Shown in pieces: positions 16,546 through 26,100 of a DNA stretch of 64,000 bases (position 1 is the stretch's first letter; each line of letters starts with the position of its first letter). The notes under the pieces are model-generated. The model searched no databases. It was given only the letters and a program-made list of their open reading frames with translations, and was not told where the DNA came from. The DNA comes from Armatimonadota bacterium (GTDB lineage Bacteria > Armatimonadota > SYMT01). A program made the position numbers and the translations under genes. The DNA is taken from positions 416,001 through 480,000 of the forward strand of contig JAWLHY010000002.1 of assembly GCA_041690135.1 (NCBI GenBank). Reading direction: 5' to 3'.

Positions 16546-19284
16546 ATGAAGAACCTATACAAAACGTTTCCCCGAACGCTTGCCGGCCTCCTGACCCTTT
16601 TCCTGATGCTGGGCGGCCTGACGGCGCGCGCGGCCCAGGGGCAGACCCCGGCCACGAATTCCGCCGCCAACATCACGGCCGGCGTCAAGGAGACGATCCT
16701 GCCGAACGGGCTCAAGGTCCTGACCAAGGAAGTCCGCAACGCACCGGTCGTTAGCTTTGCCGTCTGGTACAAGGTCGGCTCCCGGAACGAGCACACCGGG
16801 ATCACGGGCGTTTCGCACCTGCTGGAACACCTGCTGTTCAAGGGCACCAAGAAGTACGGCCTGGGCGAAATCTCCCGGACCCTCTTCGTGAATGGCGCCA
16901 GCTTCAACGCGAGCACCTATTACGACTGGACCAACTACTACGAGACGCTCTCCTCCGACCGCCTCGAGCTCGCGATGCAGATCGAAGCGGACCGGATGGT
17001 CAACAGCCGTATCGATAAGGCCGATCTCGACTCGGAGATGTCGGTGGTCCGCAGCGAGCTGGAAGGACGGGAGAACAGCCCAGGGACGCTGCTCTACCAG
17101 GCCGTGCAGGCCGCCGCGTTCCAGGCGCACCCGTACCAGTGGCCGGTGATCGGCTGGCGGACCGACGTGGAAAACGTCTCCCGCGACGCCATCTACAATT
17201 ATTACAAGACGTACTACGGCCCCAACAACGCGACCGTGGTGATGGTGGGCGACTTCGAAACGGAGAAGGCGCTGGACCTGGTGCGCAAGCACTTCGGGAA
17301 GCTCAAGCGGATCCCGGAGCCGCCGCAGGTCTACACCAGCGAGCCGCCGCAGCGGGGCGAGCGCCGCGTGGAAGTGCGCCGCGCCGGATCGCTCCCGATG
17401 ACCTTGATCGCCTACCGGACGCCGGAAGCGAAGCACCCGGATTTCTATGCTCTCGATGCCCTTTCCATCGTGCTGGGCGAAGGTCGTGTCAGCCGGCTCT
17501 ACCAGGCGCTGGTCGAGAAGCAGATCGCTTCGGATGTGGACGCCGGCGCTGCCAGTCTGCGGGATCCCTATCTCATCACCGTCTCCGCCACGGCGCGTCC
17601 TGGGGTGACCGTGGAGAAGCTGGAAGCCGCGCTTCTGGCCGAGATCGAGCGCCTGAAGAAGGAGCCGATCACCGCCGAGGAGTTGGAGCGGGTCAAGAGC
17701 CAGATCGAGGCGAGCTTCGTCTTCCAGAACGACAGCGTCACCTCGCAGGCGAACCAGATCGGCTACTGGGCGATGATCGACGACTGGCGCTATCTCTCCA
17801 CCTACCTGGACCGCATCCGCGCCCTGAAGCCGGCGGACATCCAGAAGGTGGCGCAGAAGTACTTCGTGACGGACGCCCGCACGGTGGGCCATTTCATTCC
17901 CACCGCCGGCGCCGCCCCCACCGCTCCGCCGCCGCGCGAGGCCTCCGCCCGCGTGGAGAAGGCGAAGAAGGGCGCGCGCCCGGTGCCGCTGCCGAAGCCC
18001 TCGCCGGCCCCCCGCGTGGCCCGGCAGGTCGCCCGGTTCAAGCTCGATAACGGCGTCTCCGTCATTGTCCAGCCGAACCATAACAACCCGACCTTCGCCC
18101 TGCGCGGCAGCCTCGGGGCCGGGAGTATCCTGGAGCCGAAGGACAAAGAAGGTCTGGCCGGTATCACCGCGGCGATGCTCTCCCGCGGCACCGAGAAGCG
18201 CAGCGCGCTGGAGTTCGCGGCGGCCCTCGCCAACCGGGGCGCCAGCCTCTCGGCGAGCGGGGGGACGCTGGCGACCTCTCTGTCCGCCCGAGGCCGCACC
18301 CAGGACTTTGATCTGGTGATGGACCTGCTGGCCGAGATGCTGCGCCAGCCCACCTTCCCGGCCGATCAGCTCGAGCGGCTGAAAGGCCAGATACTGGCGG
18401 GTATCGAGCAGCAGAAGGACGATCCGGACAGCCGGGCCAACCGCGCCTTTGAGCGGCAGGTCTATCCCGTAGGCCACCCGCTGCGGCCGGCGACCCTGGA
18501 AGAAGCCGCGAAAGCCGTTGCCGGCCTGACCCGCGAGGATCTAGTCAACTTCTACCGTCAGCAGTACGGGCCGGAGCGCATGATCCTGGTGATATCGGGT
18601 GACGTAACCGCCGAGAAGGTGAAGCAGGCCCTGCAATCTCGCCTGGGCGACTGGCCGAAGAACCCGAACGCGAAGCCGATCCCGCAGGTGGACCTGGCGC
18701 TGCAGCAGAAAGCGGAACGGCTCAACATCGAGATCCCGGACAAGAGCGAGACTGCGATCCTGTTCGGTCACGCGGGGGGGCTGAAGCGGAGCGATCCGGA
18801 CTTCTACGCCACGCAGGTGATGAACATGATCCTGGGCGGCGGCGGCGCGCTGAACAGCCGCCTCGGCGACGTGATCCGCGACGAGCAGGGGCTGGCGTAC
18901 ACCGTCTTCAGCTTCTTCGACTCGGACCTCTATCCGGGGCCGTTCATGATCTCGCTGGGAACCAATCCCGCCAACGCGGAGAAGGCGATCACCAGCCTCC
19001 AGAGCGAGCTCCGCCGCATCCGCGAGCAGGGGGTGACCCAGCGCGAGGTGGATGAGGCGATCGCCTACGTCACCGGACGCTTCCCACTGCGCCTGGAGAC
19101 CAACTCCGGCCTGGCGGAGATCCTCTGGGTGGCGGAGTTCTATAACCTGGGGCCGGACTACATCGACAAGTACGCCGATTACTACCGGGCCGTGACCGTC
19201 GCGATGGTGAACGAGGCGGCGCGCAAGCACCTCCATCCGGACACTGCTACGCTGGTCACCGCCGGACCGCCGCCGGTGAAGTAG
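16546..19284 (+). CDS. M16 family zinc protease (fused two-module, PqqL-like)
   Basis: HLLEH inverted zincin motif, second module with IRDEQGLAY; signal peptide. Confidence 0.95.
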   Translation: MKNLYKTFPRTLAGLLTLFLMLGGLTARAAQGQTPATNSAANITAGVKETILPNGLKVLTKEVRNAPVVSFAVWYKVGSRNEHTGITGVSHLLEHLLFKGTKKYGLGEISRTLFVNGASFNASTYYDWTNYYETLSSDRLELAMQIEADRMVNSRIDKADLDSEMSVVRSELEGRENSPGTLLYQAVQAAAFQAHPYQWPVIGWRTDVENVSRDAIYNYYKTYYGPNNATVVMVGDFETEKALDLVRKHFGKLKRIPEPPQVYTSEPPQRGERRVEVRRAGSLPMTLIAYRTPEAKHPDFYALDALSIVLGEGRVSRLYQALVEKQIASDVDAGAASLRDPYLITVSATARPGVTVEKLEAALLAEIERLKKEPITAEELERVKSQIEASFVFQNDSVTSQANQIGYWAMIDDWRYLSTYLDRIRALKPADIQKVAQKYFVTDARTVGHFIPTAGAAPTAPPPREASARVEKAKKGARPVPLPKPSPAPRVARQVARFKLDNGVSVIVQPNHNNPTFALRGSLGAGSILEPKDKEGLAGITAAMLSRGTEKRSALEFAAALANRGASLSASGGTLATSLSARGRTQDFDLVMDLLAEMLRQPTFPADQLERLKGQILAGIEQQKDDPDSRANRAFERQVYPVGHPLRPATLEEAAKAVAGLTREDLVNFYRQQYGPERMILVISGDVTAEKVKQALQSRLGDWPKNPNAKPIPQVDLALQQKAERLNIEIPDKSETAILFGHAGGLKRSDPDFYATQVMNMILGGGGALNSRLGDVIRDEQGLAYTVFSFFDSDLYPGPFMISLGTNPANAEKAITSLQSELRRIREQGVTQREVDEAIAYVTGRFPLRLETNSGLAEILWVAEFYNLGPDYIDKYADYYRAVTVAMVNEAARKHLHPDTATLVTAGPPPVK

Positions 19285-19301
19285 GTTCAACGTTCGGCTA
19301 T

Positions 19302-19341
19302 GGAACATCCCCTTCTCCAAACGAGAAGGGGATGTTCCTTT
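19302..19341 (+). terminator. Intrinsic terminator
   Basis: 16-bp stem ggaacatccccttctc/gagaaggggatgttcc followed by ttt. Confidence 0.8.
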
Positions 19342-19908
19342 GTAGACTGAAAATATAAGAGTAATAATATGATGAATGCATAGATCCAAACGAACGTCGC
19401 TGCGAGGAGAGGTAGAAACCAACCGACTTCCCAGACCCTCATCCGCAATACCGCCGAAGCGCAGCCGACTTGCCTCTGCACCCCGGTACCCGACGTGGCA
19501 GGCCCCCTGGTCAGAGCACCCGTCCTTACGCGGCCGTGGCAATCTCGTGGTCAGGGCACCTCTCCTTGCACCGGCAATCAGCCGCCCCACCACCGCCGTG
19601 CATCGGGTACCGTGGTGCAGTCGGGGAGGGGACGCAGGGCCCCGGTCGGGGAGGGCGACCCCGACCCCACTAGTGCACCACCGCACCCTATCCGAACATC
19701 CGAACGCCCGAACATTCCCCCCACAGGCGGGGCCGAACACCTATCCTGGCGGGCGAGACGCCCGCGCTTCTACTATTCGCCCTCATTCGCCGTATTCGCG
19801 GATCACAAGTCACAGATGTAGCAGGAGATCAACACGCGTCTCGGGAATCCGCATTCAAGGAGCGGAAGCCTGCTTCCGTATCGACCGACCGAGTTCCGGA
19901 TCCGCAAA

Positions 19909-21372
19909 GTGAAAGCAACCATCCCAGAACTGCTGCAGAGCGTCGATCTCTTTGCCGGACTGGAGCCGGAAACGCTGTCCGCCATCGTCGCGCGGGCTCG
20001 GTACCGGAGTTATCCTGCCCAGGAGGCGCTCTTTCACGAGGGAGATCCAGGCGAGACGTTGTACATCATCGTGCGCGGTGAGGTAAGCATTCAGCGCGTC
20101 GGCGGCGGCGGAGAGGTCGTCCAGATTGCGCGCAGGGGGCCTGGCGATCCCATTGGCGAGCTGGCTTTGATCGACGGCAAGCCCCGGATGGCGGATGCGG
20201 TGACCGCCGAACCCTGTGATCTGCTGGTCCTCGACCGATCGGGTTTTCTGACGTGGGTGGAGGAGTCGCCGCGGATCGCCCTGGCGGTCATCCACTGCCT
20301 CGCGAGCCGCATCAGGGAAGCGGCGGACGATCTGGAACACCATGTAACCCGGAGTGTCCTGGCGCGAGTGGCCGCCGAACTCCTGGAAATCGCCCCATTA
20401 CAGCCTCGGTCGCGCACCGGCTCGGAAGCCGCGACCCGAATCCGGATCAGCACCCAGGAACTCGCCCAGCGCGTCGGGGCGACGCGTGAGAGCGTCAGCC
20501 GCGCTCTCACGCGGCTGCGGAACATGGGTGCCCTGGAGGCGGGCCGGGTGATCTGCATTCGAGATGAGAAGCTGCTCCGGAGCCAGGTGGAAGTGCCTGC
20601 CTCCGAGAAAGCTCCACTCCTAACAGTGCCTCCCCCTGTGTTCGGGCCCCGGTCGCCCACTACAATCCGGCCGCCCCAACTCCGGTGGGGCGGGGAGCTT
20701 CGCTCTCGCCTATGTGAGATCCCCCTCTTTAGCGCGATGGATCCGGAAGACCTTACCGATTTGATGGCCCGAAGCCGTTGTCGCCAGTTTCCGGCCGACG
20801 AGGTGCTCTACCACACCGGCGACCCCTGCCACACTCTCTACGTGGTGCTGGTAGGTTGGGTCCAGCTCCGCCGGATCGCTCCTACCCGGGAGATCGTCTC
20901 CCTGGCCCGCCGGGGCCCCTGGGAGACCTTTGGAGAACTGGGCCTTCTCGATGGCGAGCCGCGCATGTCGGATGCGGTGACCGCCGCCCCCAGCGAGATC
21001 CTGATGGTTCCCGGCGCCCCGCTGGTGGAGTGCCTGGAACGCTCTCCCCGGGTGGCGCTAGCGATGCTGGCCACCCTGGCGGACCGCTTGCGCGATGCCG
21101 CGAACGCACTCGAGCAGCGGCGCGGCCAGGACGTACTCCGGCGGGTGGCGGCGCTCCTTATGGAGCTATCGCGCGAAACCGCCTCCACACGTTCGGCTGC
21201 TTCGGTACGGATAACCCAGGAGCATCTGGCCGTGGAGGTCGGCGCCCGGCGTGAAAGCGTCAATCGGGCCCTGGGCCGCCTTCGCAATGCCGGTGCGATC
21301 CGTCTCTACGGGGGCCGTTGGCTGGTCTCCGATCCCGCCAAGCTCTCCCGCTTCACTGAAGACCAGCGGTAA
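19909..21372 (+). CDS. Tandem (double) Crp/Fnr family transcriptional regulator
   Basis: Two complete units: cNMP pockets GELALIDGKPRMADA and GELGLLDGEPRMSDA; HTH helices GATRESVSRAL and GARRESVNRAL; Pro-rich linker. Confidence 0.9.
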   Translation: MKATIPELLQSVDLFAGLEPETLSAIVARARYRSYPAQEALFHEGDPGETLYIIVRGEVSIQRVGGGGEVVQIARRGPGDPIGELALIDGKPRMADAVTAEPCDLLVLDRSGFLTWVEESPRIALAVIHCLASRIREAADDLEHHVTRSVLARVAAELLEIAPLQPRSRTGSEAATRIRISTQELAQRVGATRESVSRALTRLRNMGALEAGRVICIRDEKLLRSQVEVPASEKAPLLTVPPPVFGPRSPTTIRPPQLRWGGELRSRLCEIPLFSAMDPEDLTDLMARSRCRQFPADEVLYHTGDPCHTLYVVLVGWVQLRRIAPTREIVSLARRGPWETFGELGLLDGEPRMSDAVTAAPSEILMVPGAPLVECLERSPRVALAMLATLADRLRDAANALEQRRGQDVLRRVAALLMELSRETASTRSAASVRITQEHLAVEVGARRESVNRALGRLRNAGAIRLYGGRWLVSDPAKLSRFTEDQR

Positions 21373-21397
21373 TCCTTTTCGCCGCCCATGTCATACT

Positions 21398-21463
21398 CGT
21401 GACGAGAATCACGTCCGCCTGTGTGCATCATCACGGCCGGCGAGGGTCCACCGTTGGTAGGAT
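21398..21463 (+). promoter_or_regulatory. Two Crp-type boxes plus extended -10 element
   Basis: CGTGA-N6-TCACG (21398-21413), TGTGT-N6-TCACG (21420-21435), TGgTAGGAT (21455-21463). Confidence 0.6.
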
Positions 21464-21470
21464 AATCCCG

Positions 21471-21659
21471 GCCGATCTCCAGGTCGTCGAGTCCCGGAAG
21501 GGGCTCCCCAGATTTCCCTGCGTGCCGCCCACTAACCAATCAACTGGCGCGCAGCACCTTCGGATTGAGTGTCCCTCGCGGTGGGGGTGGAGACGGCGCC
21601 GTTGGTGCCCACCGGAACGCCAACAAAGCCCGAGCCGTTTGGCTCGGGCTTTGTTGTTG
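21471..21659 (+). ncRNA. Candidate structured non-coding RNA
   Basis: Closing stem 21471-81/21588-97, GGAA-capped hairpin 21489-21506, stem 21518-26/21546-54; lies between a promoter-like site and a terminator. Confidence 0.45.
21621..21659. terminator. Hairpin terminator, possibly bidirectional
   Basis: 16-bp stem caacaaagcccgagcc/ggctcgggctttgttg between convergent units. Confidence 0.8.
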
Positions 21660-21709
21660 CTGTCCGGCCGGAACGGTGGACAGTCCATTCAACGGAACCG
21701 GATCCGCAT

Positions 21710-22498
21710 CTACCGCGGCGCACGGTCCGCCGGCCAGCCGGTTGCCGGCAGTGTCGTCCACTTCTTGCCATACGGGATCGTCTTGGCGTGCCCGTCGAAG
21801 TAGATCGCGTTATAGCCGCGCGAATGATTGTGGTTGCTGTTGGGCGGAATGGCGTCCGGCCCTTCCCAACCGAACGCCCCTCTCTCGAGGAACAGCATTC
21901 TTTCGGCAGGCCGGTCGGCAATCTCGGAAGGAGGCTCATCGTGCAGGCTGCGGTAGCCGTCCGGATAGCGGACGCACGGGAACGGCCCCGAGGCCCCCGC
22001 GGTACTGCCCGGACACCAGGTGTTGAACACCCAGTTCGGGAACCACTGGTACGATTGCCGGCCGGCCGCGATGAACGCCTGGGTGGGTGACGCCGTGGAG
22101 TCGGAGGGGCAATACCACACGTTCATGTTTTTGATGTAGGGGTTAAGCTGCACCGACATCAGCGTCCGGTAGAACTCCGGACCGTAGGCGCATCCGGTGT
22201 AGGCCGGCCCACCATCTCCCGGATTGAAGCCGGCCCAGTAGCCCCCGCAATCGGCGTTACCGAACGGGTTTACCTCCCAGTTTCGCGGGCCGGGATAGGT
22301 TCCCATGGGAAATTTTTCGTCGTAATCCCCCGCGTACATCTTCACGGCCAGGCCGATCTGTTTCAGGTTCGACAGGCAGGAGGTGAGCCGGGCCGACTCG
22401 CGCGCCTGTGCGAATACGGGGAACAGGATCGCCGCAAGTATGGCTATGATGGCGATAACGACTAGGAGCTCAATCAGGGTGAAACCTCGTCGTTTCAT
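21710..22498 (-). CDS. Prepilin-type N-terminal cleavage/methylation protein, DUF1559 with H-X9-DG motif
   Basis: [34 protein letters not shown]...CLSNLKQIG...YCPSD...[15 protein letters not shown]. Confidence 0.93.
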   Translation of the reverse strand: MKRRGFTLIELLVVIAIIAILAAILFPVFAQARESARLTSCLSNLKQIGLAVKMYAGDYDEKFPMGTYPGPRNWEVNPFGNADCGGYWAGFNPGDGGPAYTGCAYGPEFYRTLMSVQLNPYIKNMNVWYCPSDSTASPTQAFIAAGRQSYQWFPNWVFNTWCPGSTAGASGPFPCVRYPDGYRSLHDEPPSEIADRPAERMLFLERGAFGWEGPDAIPPNSNHNHSRGYNAIYFDGHAKTIPYGKKWTTLPATGWPADRAPR

Positions 22499-22529
22499 TG
22501 TGTTTTCCTTTCTTCCACTGGGCAGCATC

Positions 22530-22805
22530 TCACCGGCCCGAGCCCGCCGGCAGGGCCGTTCCGGGCGGTGTGCCCGCTGATGGCGAGGGGGCGCTCGTTC
22601 CGTTGCCCTTGGATGTAGACGCTGGCGGTCCACTAACCCCACCCATGCGTCGCTGCATCTCCGCCTGAACGTCGGCCGGCATCCGGTTTCCTTCCGCTGT
22701 TGGGGTCGTGGGACGCTCGGATTGGCATCCGGTAGCGCACAATGCTCCCAGCAGCGTCAGGACGGCCAGCATCCAGGTGGTGGACCTGGAATCCCGTTGT
22801 TTCAC
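22530..22805 (-). CDS. Small lipoprotein, partner of the DUF1559 gene
   Basis: SD GGAGG then GTG; lipobox-like ATGC; Pro/Ser/Gly-rich tail. Confidence 0.7.
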   Translation of the reverse strand: MKQRDSRSTTWMLAVLTLLGALCATGCQSERPTTPTAEGNRMPADVQAEMQRRMGGVSGPPASTSKGNGTSAPSPSAGTPPGTALPAGSGR

Positions 22806-23147
22806 TATTTTTCCCTCCAAACCCACGGCAGTTACTTCTTCGTAAGCCGCGAGGACAAGCAACACTCCACCCTGGACTCTCACCTCCAACGACCTCCGAA
22901 GATTCTGGAGAATGAGACGAGGACAGACCGCCATCCGAGGAACGATCTGTATTGCGGAGATTATACAACCGTAACTCATCTTCCACCACAGTGGTCGAAC
23001 TTCCTGCATGCATTCTTCGCGTTGATTGAGGGTGGTCCAGATTAACTACGGGGAGTTGTCTCGTGACGTAACGGTTATGCGTTGGGTCTGTGCCAGGTAG
23101 ATGTGGCGCCAGGAATGGCGACAGCAGGCGGCGAATCACGCAAGGGA

Positions 23148-26100
23148 CTACCGTGCAGTGGCCAACAACTGGACCTCCACGCGTGTCTTGCGCGGGTCGC
23201 TACTGCGGACCGATAGCGTGCCGGTCGCCCGGCCCTTCTCCGTCGCACTGTACTGCACCGGCACCTGCAGCCGGCCCCGCGGCGGGATCACCTGCGTCCC
23301 GCCTCCCGAAAGGGTGAACCCGGCGCCACTTACCGGTCCCAGCTTTACGGTCAGCGAGGCCCGGCGATCCACGTTACGCAGCAGCAGCTTTTTCTCGCGC
23401 ACCGTGCCCACCCGCACCTTGCCGAAGGAGAGCTTCTTCGCCACCACCAGCTTGCCGCCCGGTGTCGCCCCCGTCTCCGCCACGCTCGGCCCCGCATACG
23501 CGGAGTCCCCGCCCGCGTTGGTGGCGCGGACCCGGTACTCGTAGCGGGTCAGCTCGGAAAGACCCGTATCGTTAAAGGTGGTGGTGTTTGCTCCGGTGAC
23601 CGCCACCAGCAGGAAGCTGCCGTCGTTCGCCCGGCGTTCGATCTCAAAGCTGTCTTTCGTGGTGCTGGTGTCGGTCCAGGCCAGGGAGACCGCGGTGGGG
23701 GAGAGGACGGTGGCCGCGAGACCCGTGGGGGCGGAGGGGGCCTCGGGTGGGGCGGCGGTCACCGATACGGGTACCTGCACGCTGCCGGCTCCGGCCACGG
23801 TCACGGTGACCGCGGTGTTTCCCGCGCTTACCGGGCGGACGGAGACGTCCGAGCTAACCGCGGCAATGCCGGGGTTCTGGCTCACCACCTGGGTAGCCGA
23901 AGAGCGGGTGACCTCGCGCCACTCCCCACCGGGGAGCTGTCCATAAACGGCGAGCGGGGCCGGGTAGCCGCTGTCGAGGGTCAGGCGCTCCGGCACCACC
24001 GTGAGCGCGGTGTACGGGGTGCTGTCCTGGAGGGTCAGTTCCAGCAACGCTTCGCGGACCTCCCCGTCCTCGGCGCGCACGGAGGCGGCCAGGGCAAACC
24101 GGCCGGAGGGGATCGCCTCCACCACCAGGTCCAGCGCGGGAGCCTTGCCGCCGATGCGCGCGGAGGCAGTACCTCCACGGGTGGGCCACAACAGGAGCAT
24201 GCCGTCAATCGTTTTTCCGGGCCAGCTCACGGATACACGCACAGATTGGCCTACTGCTACCAGACCCTCCGCGGCGTCCGTGGAAAGGGTAGGGCCGTCT
24301 TTGCCTGCGCTTCCGAAAGGACGGATGTTCAGGTCGCCCGGCTCGGCAAGCTCGGCAAGTCGCCGTTCGGCGGTGGAGAGTGTCGGGTCGAAGGCCGGGA
24401 AGGGCGCGAAGAAGCTGCTGGTGGTGGCCTGGTTGAGCAGGAACTCCACCCGGTTGGACACCTGCAGATCTCCCGTCTGCTGCAGGTGCGTCAACCGGCC
24501 CGCCAGGACTCCGATCTGGGTCCGCTCCGAGTAAGCTCCCGCGGGGAGACCTCCGATGGCGCTGCGCGAGCCGAGGGTGAGATCGTAGTTGGGAGCCAAC
24601 TCGCCGGGAGCCTGGTCCACGTTGTAGTCCATGTTGAACACGTAGTTCGTCAGGCGGCGGATTCCGGCGAAATTGTCGTTTCCGGAGCGGAAGCTTTCCC
24701 CGGCTCCCCGGTAGGGGCCGTCTTCGTCGTCATACCAGTGCAGGAGCTGGAAGAAAGTGTATTCGGGGCTCTCGGCGTACTCCACGAGGCCGGAGCCCAC
24801 GATGGCGTGCCCTGGAAACGGTGTGGCGGTGCGGAGAAGGCCGGCGGCGCCCGTGGTCACGAACTGGTCGCGCATGGCCCCCCGGTCGAATCGGAGAGCA
24901 CCCCAGCCCGCAAACACGCCGATCTTGCCCGAAGAACGCCGGTTTGCGGCGGCGCAGTGGTTCACGATGGCCGCTCCGCGGTGGGTGGCTCCGATGGTGA
25001 TCAGCTTGTGGATCGGACCATGCCCCCAGTTTTCGAGGGTCCGGAATCCCGTCTCCTCGTTGGCGGAGGCGATCGGTTGGCTTTGCAACTGCGCCGCAAC
25101 CCGCGTGACTACGCCCCCGTAGCTGTGTGTGACCACGTCGGCCTGCGTCGCCGCGACTTCGCGAAGCCGTGCCCACTGCCGGATCGTCCGGGTGAACTGC
25201 GGCAAGAGTTCGCGCGCGGTTTTCACCGCGCCTCCGGCCGCTCCGTCGACCGAAGCGAAGGAGAGGCGCCCCACGTTGAACGGCTTCCCCCCGGCGACCT
25301 GGTAACGGTTCAGGTCGTTGCCGCTCTGGCGGAACAGCGGGAAACTCCACCAGGTGTCGGGGCTGGAGAAGGTCCCATGTACCAGCAGGACCAGCGGTCG
25401 GACGACGGTGATTTCTTTGTAGAGGAGGCTGTCGAAACCTTCCCCCAGACGTCCCGGCACGCAAACGCGGAGCGTGACGTCCCGCGTCTCGTGGTGCTGC
25501 AGGTTGGTGTTCCGCGCGAAATCCCGCGGCGCCCGGTAGAGCGCGAAGGCCCACAGTTTCCCTTCGATCACCCGCACGGGGACGTGCAGCTCTTGCGGGC
25601 CGCGCCCCTGACCATCGCGTTGCCCCCCGCTTTCGGAGAGATCGTAGAGACCCAGGTCCTCCAGGTTCCAGAGACTGCCGGGGTCGTCCGCTCCGGCCGC
25701 GCCCACGGACATGTGGACGTCACCCGCGACTCCTTCGGGCAGCGGCACGCGCACCAGCAGTAGGGTCACCCCGTCGGCGGCAATGCGGGAGACGGAGCGT
25801 CCGAGATGGGGCCAGAGCTCGGAACCCAGGAGCGAGTAGTCCACGCTCGCTGCAGGCAGTCGCACGGGATCGGCTGCGGGGAAAGAGGCATCGTAGAGCT
25901 CCACTTCCGGGCGGGGAAAGGCTGCGTCGTACTTGACGGTCAGGAAATCTTCCGAGTTGGGTAAGCCGGCGCCCCCACCCGCGAAATAGACGCTCCCCGC
26001 GCCGTCTACCGCCAGATCCCGGAGACGCACGCCGGAATACTTGGAGTCGCCGAACTGCCGCTGCCAGCGCTCCTCACCGGCGAGGTCATAGGCCACCACG

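Noticed and set aside
19376-19912. 178-aa ORF upstream of the tandem Crp gene
   Set aside because: Arg/Pro-rich translation of a region filled with palindromes and short repeats.
21471-21600. SRP RNA, 6S RNA or tRNA
   Set aside because: The GGAA hairpin lacks the SRP CAGG/AGCA internal loop, there is no 6S-like rod with a central bubble, and no cloverleaf or T-loop.
21399-21803. 134-aa ORF over the candidate ncRNA
   Set aside because: No SD, atypical composition, and it crosses a strong terminator and overlaps the DUF1559 gene.
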